From positions 50,406,001 through 50,470,000 of the forward strand of contig OX597829.1 in NCBI GenBank assembly GCA_951406725.2: DNA of 64,000 nt, written 5' to 3'. Position 1 is the first letter of the stretch; every line of letters begins with the position of its first letter. Below the pieces are notes generated by a model that worked only from the letters and a program-made list of their open reading frames with translations, had not been told where the DNA came from and ran no database searches. Positions 39,223 to 50,900 of this stretch are shown here, one piece after another. The position numbers were made by a program, and so were the translations under genes. The DNA is from Octopus vulgaris (lineage: Eukaryota).

Positions 39223-39468
39223 GGTACTACTAGCGAACAGTGGTCCCGGTGTGTGCACTCGCGCATCTGCGCTAGCTAGTGGTAAGTAGTCGATCCTACA
39301 ACGACTTTTTAACCCTAAACCTAACCCTAATTTTTTAACCCTAACCCTAGTTTGTTTATAAAAATAATTTATTTACTTAGTTTAAAAAATTGTAGGATCG
39401 CCTACTTACAACTAGCTAGGGAGGACACACAAGTGTGTGCACCGGGACCACTGTTCGCTTGTAGTACC
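39223..39468. mobile_element. MITE, same TIR family as 7730, with internal TAACCC repeats
   Basis: GGTACTACTAGCGAACAGTGGTCCCGGTG / CACCGGGACCACTGTTCGCTTGTAGTACC. Confidence 0.85.
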
Positions 39469-39536
39469 GTCTACGTTTGAGCTACTGTTGTTGTTTAACA
39501 CCAGGTCGATGTTCATTAAAATATTACTGGTGCTTT

Positions 39537-39838
39537 CATCATCATCATCGTTTAGTGTCCGTTTTCCATGCTAGCATGGGTTGGACGGTGCAACTGCGGT
39601 CTGGGAAGCCAGAAGGCTGCACCAGGCCCAGTCTGATCTGGCAATGTTTCTACGGCTGGATGCCCTTCCTAATGCCAACCACTCCATGAGTGTAGTGGGT
39701 GCTTTTTATGTGCCACCGGCACAGGTGCCAGACGAGGCTGGCAAACGGCCACGATCGGATGGTGCTTTTTACGTGCCACCGGCACTGAGGCCGGGCGAGG
39801 CTGGCAACGGCCACGATCGGATGGTGCTTTTTACGTGC
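39537..39838 (-). mobile_element. RTE 3' fragment
   Basis: Same tail family as 4315. Confidence 0.8.
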
Positions 39839-39879
39839 CTATTTCATACCGTTTATTTACCCATCTCTTCCCAACCAAC

Positions 39880-40120
39880 TAAGAGGAAAACCACATAAAA
39901 TGAAAGACATGGTGCCCCGTACTGAAATCCTCCTGAGAGCAGGGATCTCTAGCGCTGAAACCAGCATCTTTTGTCATTTTCTCTACTGGGTTCGCCATGT
40001 AATTCAGATGCCAGGAAACTGGCTCCCAAAGATGGTCTGCTTCAATGAGATTGAGACTAGAAGTAGGGGTCATGGATATCTAAAACTTCATTTTCAGGAT
40101 AATCTTTCAAGCTCATTGCT
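39880..40120 (+). mobile_element. Old RTE/BovB-like ORF C-terminal remnant
   Basis: KDMVPRTEILLRAGISS..LYWVRHVIQMPGNWLPKMVCFNEI..R..G..KLHFQD resembles the RTE C-terminal LRWxGHVxRM..RLPK motif. Confidence 0.65.
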
Positions 40121-40248
40121 TTGACCCTTTGGTACCAACCCTCAGTAGACTGTCTCTGATTTTATGATACAAACTTCTCGTTTGAGGTGATTTAAATTAA
40201 ATTCTTCCATCAAGATTAATTGAAACAAAGGTAATGTATTTCATTATA

Positions 40249-42533
40249 TTGGGTTGTCCGGAAAGTTTGTGCCGATTTGTAAAGGAAAGAAAAAGGTCAA
40301 AAAATAATTACCATTACATTTTTAATCAACCAAATATGAACCATTTTGTTGCACAATGCGTCTCCATCTTTCCTTTAACTTAAAAATACCCACTTCCCAG
40401 AATTGAGGTGGTTTCATTGCAAAGAATTCATCAAGGTATCTTTTTACGTCATCCAAGGAATTGAAATATTTACCATTAAGACTATTCTGCAGAGACCTGA
40501 ATAAGTGGAAATCCGAAGGAGCAATATATGGTGAATATGGAGGGTGGAGTAACACATCCCAGCTGAGCTGCAGCAACTTTTGTCTAGTTCCCAAAACATC
40601 AAGTGCCGAAATGAACTTTCTTATCTTCCATTTTAAAGGGTTACAGAATTAACACAGGTTATAGGAACATAAACCTTCTTCCACGAAAAGATAGCTTAAA
40701 CTGTGCTCTATGATTTTTTATTCACCATATGGTTTTACACAGAGGGGACACTACAACACATTGGGGACACAAAACATCAAAAAAATAATCGTATAAGATG
40801 AGAAAAAGAGTGAAAATGAGAGATGAAAGTGATGTTAATTGCCCCATCGGTCAACATCACTTACTTGTCCTTTTTCCTATTTCACTGCGAAAACCACAAA
40901 GTCCCCAAATTTTATCTCATATATTTTTTCGAGTTTGTCCCTCTTTTCCTGTTCCAACCTTCCCCTTATTAACATATATACATTTCCAAGTTCATCTTTA
41001 AGTTCCTCCACCTGATTTTTCAACAATACTACTTCCATTCCCTCATGCTAGCTATCTGGTATTTCTACTTTTTCCCAGTCCTTTAACCTTTCATATAAGT
41101 ACTCACTGTCTATCATTCCAATACAGGACGGGAGTTTTGTGTTATCATTTGTGTGCATGTTTTCTATTTTCTTGTTGGTGGGGAGTGGGTGGGTTTGGTT
41201 GTCTGCAGGGACAAGGTGGGCCACAAAGGGTGTGGATGGTCCTGGCGTGGGTTGGGGTTCAGAGTCACTTGCCTTTTTTCTTTTTTACTGCATTCTTATC
41301 CCCGTGGATTCCCATTCTTTTTCATCTTCCTTCACTTGTCTCTCTTCCTCTGCTGTTTCCTTCTGGGGTGTTTCTGTTTCTTTCATTGTTTCTTTATTTA
41401 TTTCCTTCACTGTTGTAGTGCAGTTCGCTCTTATGTGACCTTTCAGGCCGCATTTAAGGCATCGAGGGGCTCTGCCCTCCACCCTTACTCTCATTGTTAT
41501 GTCATTTGTTGTAATAGTTTCCAATAAATTTTCTAAAGTTTCCATTTCCACTTGGATGCTCATTTCCAGCATCTCTCCTCTTTATCCCTCTTCCTCGGTT
41601 ATAATCTCTTGGACTATATCTACTTTCCCTCATTTCCAAAGATAACCGCTACTACTATCAATTCTGCGTCGACATCCGGTGGTACTCCATCCACCCTAAT
41701 TCTTGTGGTTCTTCTCCCCAGATAAGAGGGTAAAAGTGTTACCTTATCTGTTTTGACTGTCCTTGCTGCCATTCAACTTCCCGTTTCTTCGTTTTTGAAC
41801 TGCACTACCAACTGTGCCATACTTGTTTCCTCTTGCGAGGAAGATTATCTTTTCCTCCATTGTTTTGAGGGTGTCCGCCACCGTTTCCATACTTATTAAA
41901 TCCACTCTTTTCTTCTCATTAGCAAATACTCGATACGTAATTTTTTTCCTTTCCATCCTGTTCTTTTTTCTGTGTGACCGTAATAGCTCCACATCTCCGT
42001 TTACCATTTTAATCATTTCTTGGCAGTCCGGTAACTTTGCCAGATTCATTTCTCTTTTCGTTGGTTTCGTCGCTCCAATATATGTTCTTCCTTGTAAGAC
42101 CATGTCTAGTCTTCCTACCGCCTCTACTAACTCTTCTTTGGAAGACGATAAGTCCGACTCACTCGTAAACATTCTTCTTTCCGTTTCCTCTATTCCTCCT
42201 CTAAAAGAGGGGAAACCCATTTTTCTTCGTCTGTCTCAAACAGACAGACAAAATTCAACAGTCAAAATCAATAAAAAGTAAGAAACCTTATAACAAAAAC
42301 CATCCTTTCAGAATTACCAACAGATCCAAACGCATAACTTCATTTTCACAAGAACAACATAACATCTTGACTGTACAAGCTCCAAAAAATATGTGCTCAG
42401 CAATCCAACGATAGCTTAAATTGTGCTCTAAATGGAAGTATAGTCAAATCCTATTTTATGGACTCAACCATGTTCTAAAATAAGTCAAAAGGTAAGCTAC
42501 TATAAATTGGCACGAACTTTCTGGACAACCCAA
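40249..42533 (-). mobile_element. Internally deleted mariner transposon carrying a nested insertion
   Basis: TA-flanked TIRs TTGGGTTGTCCGGAAAGTTTGTGCCGATTT / AAATTGGCACGAACTTTCTGGACAACCCAA. Transposase start MEDKKVHF (ATG ~40631) is joined directly to the C-terminus LLHPPYSPYIAPSDFHLFRSLQNSL (40322-40594). Confidence 0.92.
40711..42409 (-). mobile_element. ORF1-only L1/Tx1-type retroelement with 21-bp TSD
   Basis: TSD GATAGCTTAAA(C/T)TGTGCTCTA at 40690-40710 and 42410-42430. Disrupted ORF1 (pieces 41744-42220 and 41285-41572) with the CCHC knuckle CLKCGLKGHIRANC. AATAAA tail at ~40720. Confidence 0.85.
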
Positions 42534-43032
42534 TATATTATAACAAAAGAGTTGAAGTGTTCTAAATTTAAACCTTCATCCATCTAAATTCCACGTTAAT
42601 TAATATTTCAAACACCAGCTTAATAATAACTAAATTATTTTACTAAATTCTTCATTATTTTCAAGACGAATCATTGAAACAAAAGCAGTGTATTTCAACA
42701 GAATCATGGTAATTATTAAAAGGGTTTAAAGTGATATAAATTATAATCCTCCTTCAAAATTTCATGATAATTTATATTCCAAAAGACCGGGTAAATAATA
42801 GCAAAGATATTTTACTAAATTCTTTGATATTAACTGGAACAAAGGCAATGTATTTTTACAGAAATATAATAACAAAAAGGTTAAACAGTCTATAAACATA
42901 CACAGTGAATAAATGGCAAGAAAGTAAGAAATGCAATGTTTTAACTCAAAACTGTGTGATACCAAATTATTTAAAATATTTAAAATGTTGAAATATGAAT
43001 CCTTTGCTTAGAAAATATAACAAAAAAAGAAT

Positions 43033-43226
43033 TGATAAAGTGGTGGTATGTTGTCAACTTAATGTGACAGTCCCATGAAAGGGAAGAATACTACTGCTAT
43101 TTAGCCCTAGGGCTAAATAGCAGTAGCATTCTCTCCTTTCATGGGACTGTCACATTGAGTTGACAACATACCACAACTTTATCATGTTACTACTGTATAA
43201 ATTTCTCTGAGAGGTTTAGAAATGTA
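43033..43226. repeat. Spacerless palindrome of the 12029 PLE-like family
   Basis: Arms of ~75 bp centred on CCCTAGGG (43105-43112). Confidence 0.88.
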
Positions 43227-43227
43227 T

Positions 43228-44298
43228 TCATCATCATCATCGTTTAATGTCTGCTTTCCATGCTAGCATGGGTTGGATGTGTGACTGAGGGCTGGCGAAC
43301 CTGATGGCTGCACCAGGCTTCAATCTTGATCTGGCAGAGTTTCTACAGCTGGATGCCCTTCCTAACGCCAACCACCCCGAGAGTGTAGTGGGTGCTTTTA
43401 CATGCCACCAGCACGGGGCCAGTCAGGTAGTACTGGCAACGACCTCGCTCGAATCTTTTACACATGCTACTGGCGCGGGTGCCAGTAAGGCGAAGCTGGT
43501 AACGATCACGCTCGAATGGTGTTTTTTACGTGCCACCGGCATGGAGGCCAGATAGCTTCTCTGGCAACGATCACGCTCGGATGGTGCCCTTAGCACCCTT
43601 CTAGCACGGGGCTCAAGTGCCAGTAGTCGACACTGGTAACGATCTCGCTTGAATGGTGCCTTTTAAGTGCCACTGGCACAGAAAAAGAAATGAGTAGCTA
43701 TCAAAGAGGGTGGAATATACCAAACACTACTATTTTACAGATCATACAGCGACATACACATAAAGCGAGTCAAGAAGAAAGTTTTTATGTGGTTAGAAAT
43801 AGCTGCCAAATATTCTTCAAATCATATGCACATTGTTCACGTAAAAAGCACCATCTGAACGTGGCCGATGCCAGCACTGCCTTGACTGGCTTCTGTGCTG
43901 GTGACACATGACTTGCTGTGCTTGAGGAGATCTATTGAGTCAAGTACATCAACATCAAAATAAATATCAATGAAAAATGTAGTTGTGATACCTGTGCCGG
44001 TGGCACGTAAAAAGCACCGTCTGAACATGGCTGATGCCAGTGCCGTCTGGACTGGCTTCTGTGCTGGTGACGCGTAAAAAGCACCAACCGATCATGGTTG
44101 CTGCCAGCCTCCCCTGGCATGTAAAAGGCACCCACTACACTCACAGAGTGGTTGGTGTTAGGAAGGGCATCAAGCTGTGGAAACACTGACAGATCAGACT
44201 GGAGCCTGGTGCAGCCTCCTGGCTTCCCAGACCCCGGTCGAACCGTCCACCCGTGCTAGCATGGAGAACGGACTTTAAACGACGATGATGATGATGAT
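43228..44298. mobile_element. Two RTE 3' fragments in opposite orientation
   Basis: Minus copy ~43228-43680 and plus copy ~43838-44298, each with the (GAT)n tail. Confidence 0.8.
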
Positions 44299-44617
44299 AA
44301 TAAAGGAAAGGGCATATTAGTTAATGTAATCTTAGATACTCCTAAAAACATTGGATAATCCTAGCTAGCATGTTCAGTCAGGATTGACCTGGTGTTAAGC
44401 AATGATTAGAACTAAAGCAAACTTTTATGTTTGAATTGAAGTGGTTACAGTATGTTTTGCTAGTGAGGTCATATAGGCTGAAACATGTCCAGGATTATCT
44501 TTTCACTGTTAAAGGTCAGGTTCACACCCCAACTAAACTGAAGTTTAATAAAATTTGAAATTAATTCAAAGTAATTAAAAATGCAATAAGTTAAGATAAT
44601 GTCTCTCCCCTCTACAT

Positions 44618-44990
44618 AGGTGCAGGCATGGCCACGTGATAAGAAATTTGCTTCCAACCACATAGTTCTGGGCTCAACCCACTGCATGACATCATGGCAA
44701 GCATCCTTGGGTCAACTAAGGTGTTACAAGTGCTTCTGGTACACGGAAGCTGAAAGAAGCTCTTCTATGTGTGTGTGTGTGTATGTCTCTTTCCATGACC
44801 ACTGCTTGACAAGTGATATTGGTTTCCTAATGCCCCTGTAACTTAGCAGTTCAGCAAAAGGAAACTAATAAGATAAATACAAACTTCAAAAAAAAAGAAG
44901 TACTGAGGATGATTCATTTGACAAAAACCCTTCAAGGTGGTGCCCCCGCATGGCCACAGTCCAATGACTGAAACAAGTAGAAGATAAAAG
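44618..44990 (+). mobile_element. Diverged SINE family A copy that seeds the satellite
   Basis: Head, (TG)n and body are collinear with 21407. Its tail is the first satellite unit. Confidence 0.85.
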
Positions 44991-47900
44991 ATATACTGGG
45001 ATTGATTTGTTCAACTAAAACCATTCAAGTTGGTGCCCCAGCATGGCCACAGTCCGCTGACTGAAACAAGTAAAAGATAAAAGATATACTGGGATTGATT
45101 TGTTCAACTAAAGCCCTTCAAGGTGGTGCCCCAGCATGGCCACAGTCCAATGACTGGAACAAGAAAAAGATAAAAGATATACTGGGATTGATTTGTTCAA
45201 CTAAAACCCTTCAAGGTGGTGCCCCAGCATGGCCACAGTCCAATGACTGAAACAAGTAAAAGATAAAAGATATACTGGGATTGATTTGTTCAACTAAAAC
45301 CCTTCAAGGTGGTGCCCCAGCATGGCCACAGTCCAGTGACTGAAACAAGTAAATGATAAAAGATATACTGGGATTGATTTGTCCAACTAAAACCCTTCAA
45401 GGTGGTGCCCCAGCATGGCCACAGTCCAATGACTGAAACAAGAAAAAGATAAAAGATATACTGGGATTGATTTGTTCAACTAAAACCCTTCAAGGTGGTG
45501 CTCCAGCATGGCCACAGTCCAATGAGTGAAACAAGTAAAAGATAAAAGATATACTGGGATTGATTTGTTCAACTAAAGCCCTTCAAGGTGGTGCCCCAGC
45601 ATGGCCAAAGTCCAATGACTGATACAAGAAGAAGATAAAAGATATACTGGGATTGATTTGTTCAACTAGAACCCTTCAAGGTGGTGCCCCAGCATGGCCA
45701 CAGTCCAATGAGTGAAACAAGTAAAAGATAAAAGATATACTGGGATTGATTTGTTCAACTAAAACCCTTCAAGGTGGTGCCCCAGCATGGCCACAGTCCA
45801 ATGACTGAAACAAGAAAAAGATAAAAGATATACTGGGATTGATTTGTTCAACTAAAACCCTTCAAGGTGGTGCCCCAGCATGGCCACAGTGCAATGACTG
45901 AAACAAGAAAAAGATAAAAGATATACTGGGATTGATTTGTTCAACTAAAACCCTTCAAGGTGGTGCTCCAGCATGGCCACAGTCCAATGACTGAAACAAG
46001 TAAAAGATAAAAGATATACTGGGATTGATTTGTTCAACTAAAACCCTTCAAGGTGGTGCCCCAGCATGGCCACAGTCCAATGACTGAAACAAGTAAAAGA
46101 TAAAAGATATACTGGGATTGATTTGTTCAACTAAAACCCTTCAAGGTGGTGCTCCAGCATGGCCACAGTCCAATGACTGAAACAAGTAAAAGATAAAAGA
46201 TATACTGGGATTGATTTGTTCAACTAAAACCCTTCAAGGTGGTGCCCCAGCATGGCCACAGTCCAATGACTGAAACAAGAAAAAGATAAAAGATATACTG
46301 GGATTGATTTGTTCAAATAAAACCCTTCAAGGTGGTGCCCCAGCATGGCCACAGTCCAATGACTGAAACAAGTAAAAGATAAAAGATATACTGGGATTGA
46401 TTTGTTCAACTAAAACCCTTCAAGGTGGTGCCCCAGCATGGCCACAGTCCAATGACTGAAACAAGTAAAAGATAAAAGATATACTGGGATTGACTTGTTC
46501 AACTAAAACCCTTCAAGGTGGTGCCCCAGCATGGCCACAGTCCAATGACTGAAACAAGTAAAAGATAAAAGATATACTGGGATTGATTTGTTCAACTAAA
46601 ACCCTTCAAGGTGGTGCCCCAGCATGGCCACAGTCCAATGACTGAAACAAGTAAAAGATAAAAGATATACTGGGATTGATTTGTTCAACTAAAACCCTTC
46701 AAGGTGGTGCCCCAGCATGGCCACAGTCCAATGACTGAAACAAGAAAAAGATAAAAGATATACTGGGATTGATTTGTTCAACTAAAACCCTTCAAGGTGG
46801 TGCTCCAGCATGGCCACAGTCCAATGAGTGAAACAAGTAAAAGATAAAAGATATACTGGGATTGATTTGTTCAACTAAAGCCCTTCAAGGTGGTGACCCA
46901 GCATGGCCAAAGTCCAATGACTGAAACAAGAAAAAGATAAAAGATATACTGGGATTGATTTGTTCAACTAGAACCCTTCAAGGTGGTGCCCCAGCATGGC
47001 CACAGTCCAATGAGTGAAACAAGTAAAAGATAAAAGATATACTGGGATTGATTTGTTCAACTAAAACCCTTCAAGGTGGTGCCCCAGCATGGCCACAGTC
47101 CAATGACTGAAACAAGAAAAAGATAAAAGATATACTGGGATTGATTTTTTCAACTAAAACCCTTCAAGGTGGTGCCCCAGCATGGCCACAGTCCAATGAC
47201 TGAAACAAGAAAAAGATAAAAGATATACTGGGATTGATTTGTCCAACTAAAACCCTTCAAGGTGGTGCCCCAGCATGGCCACAGTCCAATGACTGAAACA
47301 AGTAAAACATAAAAGATATACTGGGATTGATTTGTCCAACTAAAACCCTTCAAGGTGGTGCTCCAGCATGGCCACAGTCCAATGACTGAAACAAGTAAAA
47401 GATAAAAGATATACTGGGATTGATTTGTTCAACTAAAACCCTTCAAGGTGGTGCCCCAGCATGGCCACAGTCCAATGACTGAAACAAGTAAAAGATAAAA
47501 GATATACTGGGATTGATTTGTTCAACTAAAACCCTTCAAGGTGGTGCTCCAGCATGGCCACAGTCCAATGACTGAAACAAGTAAAAGATAAAAGATATAC
47601 TGGGATTGATTTGTTCAACTAAAACCCTTCAAGGTGGTGCCCCAGCATGGCCACAGTCCAATGACTGAAACAAGAAAAAGATAAAAGATATACTGGGATT
47701 GATTTGTTCAACTAAAACCCTTCAAGGTGGTGCCCCAGCATGGCCACAGTCCAATGACTGAAACAAGTAAAAGATAAAAGATATACTGGGATTGATTTGT
47801 TCAACTAAAACCCTTCAAGGTGGTGCCCCAGCATGGCCACAGTCCAATGACTGAAACAAGTAAAAGATAAAAGATATACTGGGGTTGATTTGTTCAACTA

Positions 47901-50900
47901 AAACCCTTCAAGGTGGTGCCCCAGCATGGCCACAGTCCAATGACTGAAACAAGTAAAAGATAAAAGATATACTGGGATTGATTTGTTCAACTAAAACCCT
48001 TCAAGGTGGTGCCCCAGCATGGCCACAGTCCAATGACTGAAACAAGAAAAAGATAAAAGATATACTGGGATTGATTTGTTCAACTAAAACCCTTCAAGGT
48101 GGTGCCCCAGCATGGCCACAGTCCAATGACTGAAACAAGTAAAAGATAAAAGATATACAGGGATTGATTTGTTCAACTAAAACCCTTCAAGGTGGTGCCC
48201 CAGCATGGCCACAGTCCAATGACTGAAACAAGTAAAAGATAAAAGATATACTGGGATTGATTTGTTCAACTAAAACCCTTCAAGGTGGTGCCCCAGCATG
48301 GCCACAGTCCAATGACTGAAACAAGTAAAAGATAAAAGATATACTGGGATTGATTTGTTCAACTAAAACCCTTCAAGGTGGTGCCCCAGCATGGCCACAG
48401 TCCAATGACTGAAACAAGTAAAAGATAAAAGATATACTGGGATTGATTTGTTCAACTAAAACCCTTCAAGGTGGTGCCCCAGCATGGCCACAGTCCAATG
48501 ACTGAAACAAGTAAAAGATAAAAGATATACTGGGATTGATTTGTTCAACTAAAACCATTCAAGGTGGTGCCCCAGCATGGCCACAGTCCAATGACTGAAA
48601 CAAGTAAAAGATAAAAGATATACTGGGGTTGATTTGTTCAACTAAAACCCTTCAAGGTGGTGCCCCAGCATGGCCACAGTCCAATGACTGAAACAAGTAA
48701 AAGATAAAAGATATACTGGGATTGATTTGTTCAACTAAAACCCTTCAAGGTGGTGCCCCAGCATGGCCACAGTCCAATGACTGAAACAAGAAAAAGATAA
48801 AAGATATACTGGGATTGATTTGTTCAACTAAAACCCTTCAAGGTGGTGCCCCAGCATGGCCACAGTCCAATGACTGAAACAAGAAAAAGATAAAAGATAT
48901 ACTGGGATTGATTTGTCCAACTAAAACCCTTCAAGGTGGTGCCCCAGCATGGCCACAGTCCAATGACTGAAACAAGTAAAAGATAAAAGATATACTGGGA
49001 TTGATTTGTCCAACTAAAACCCTTCAAGGTGGTGCTCCAGCATGGCCACAGTCCAATGACTGAAACAAGTAAAAGATAAAAGATATACTGGGATTGATTT
49101 GTTCAACTAAAACCCTTCAAGGTGGTGCCCCAGCATGGCCACAGTCCAATGACTGAAACAAGTAAAAGATAAAAGATATACTGGGATTGATTTGTTCAAC
49201 TAAAACCCTTCAAGGTGGTGCCCCAGCATGGCCACAGTCCAATGAGTGAAACAAGTAAAAGATAAAAGATATACTGGGATTGATTTGTTCAACTCAAACC
49301 CTTCAAGGTGGTGCCCCAGCATGGCCAGAGTCCAATGACTGAAACAAGAAAAAGATAAAAGATATACTGGGATTGATTTGTTCAACTAAAACCCTTCAAG
49401 GTGGTGCTCCAGCATGGCCACAGTCCAATGACTGAAACAAGTAAAAGATAAAAGATATACTGGGATTGATTTGTTCAACTAAAACCCTTCAAGGTGGTGC
49501 CCCAGCATGGCCACAGTCCAATGACTGAAACAAGTAAAAGATAAAAGATATACTGGGATTGATTTGTTCAACTAAAACCCTTCAAGGTGGTGCCCCAGCA
49601 TGGCCACAGTCCAATGACTGAAACAAGTAAAAGATAAAAGATATACTGGGATTGATTTGTTCAACTAAAACCCTTCAAGGTGGTGCCCCAGCATGGCACA
49701 GTCCAATGACTGAAACAAGTAAAAGATAAAAGATATACTGGGATTGATTTGTTCAACTAAAACCCTTCAAGGTGGTGCCCCAGCATGGCCACAGTCCAAT
49801 GACTGAAACAAGTAAAAGATAAAAGATATACTGGGATTGATTTGTTCAACTAAAACCCTTCAAGGTGGTGCCCAGCATGGCCACAGTCCAATGACTGAAA
49901 CAAGTAAAAGATAAAAGATATACTGGGATTGATTTGTTCAACTAAAACCCTTCAAGGTGGTGCCCCAGCATGGCCACAGTCCAATGACTGAAACAAGTAA
50001 AAGATAAAAGATATACTGGGATTGATTTGTTCAACTAAAACCCTTCAAGGTGGTGCCCCAGCATGGCCACAGTCCAATGACTGAAACAAGTAAAAGATAA
50101 AAGATATACTGGGATTGATTTGTTCAACTAAAACCCTTCAAGGTGGTGCCCCAGCATGGCCACAGTCCAATGACTGAAACAAGTAAAAGATAAAAGATAT
50201 ACTGGGATTGATTTGTTCAACTAAAACCCTTCAAGGTGGTGCCCCAGCATGGCCAGAGTCCAATGACTGAAACAAGTAAAAGATAAAAGATATACTGGGA
50301 TTGATTTGTTCAACTAAAACCCTTCAAGGTGGTGCCCCAGCATGGCCACAGAGTCCAATGACTGAAACAAGTAAAAGATAAAAGATATACTGGGATTGAT
50401 TTGTTCAACTAAAACCCTTCAAATGGTGCCCCCAGCATGGCCACAGTCCAATGACTGAAACAAGTAAAAGATAAAAGATATACTGGGATTGATTTGTTCA
50501 ACTAAAACCCTTCAAGGTGGTGCCCCAGCATGGCCACAGTCCAATGACTGAAACAAGTAAAAGATAAAAGATATACTGGGATTGATTTGTTCAACTAAAA
50601 CCCTTCAAGGTGGTGCCCCAGCATGGCCAGAGTCCAATGACTGAAACAAGTAAAAGATAAAAGATATACTGGGATTGATTTGTTCAACTAAAACCCTTCA
50701 AGGTGGTGCTCCAGCATGGCCACAGTCCAATGACTGAAACAAGTAAAAGATAAAAGATATACTGGGATTGATTTGTTCAACTAAAACCCTTCAAGGTGGT
50801 GCCCCAGCATGGCCACAGTCCAATGACTGAAACAAACAAAAGATAAAAGATATACTGGGATTGATTTGTTCAACTAAAACCCTTCAAGGTGGTGCCCCAG

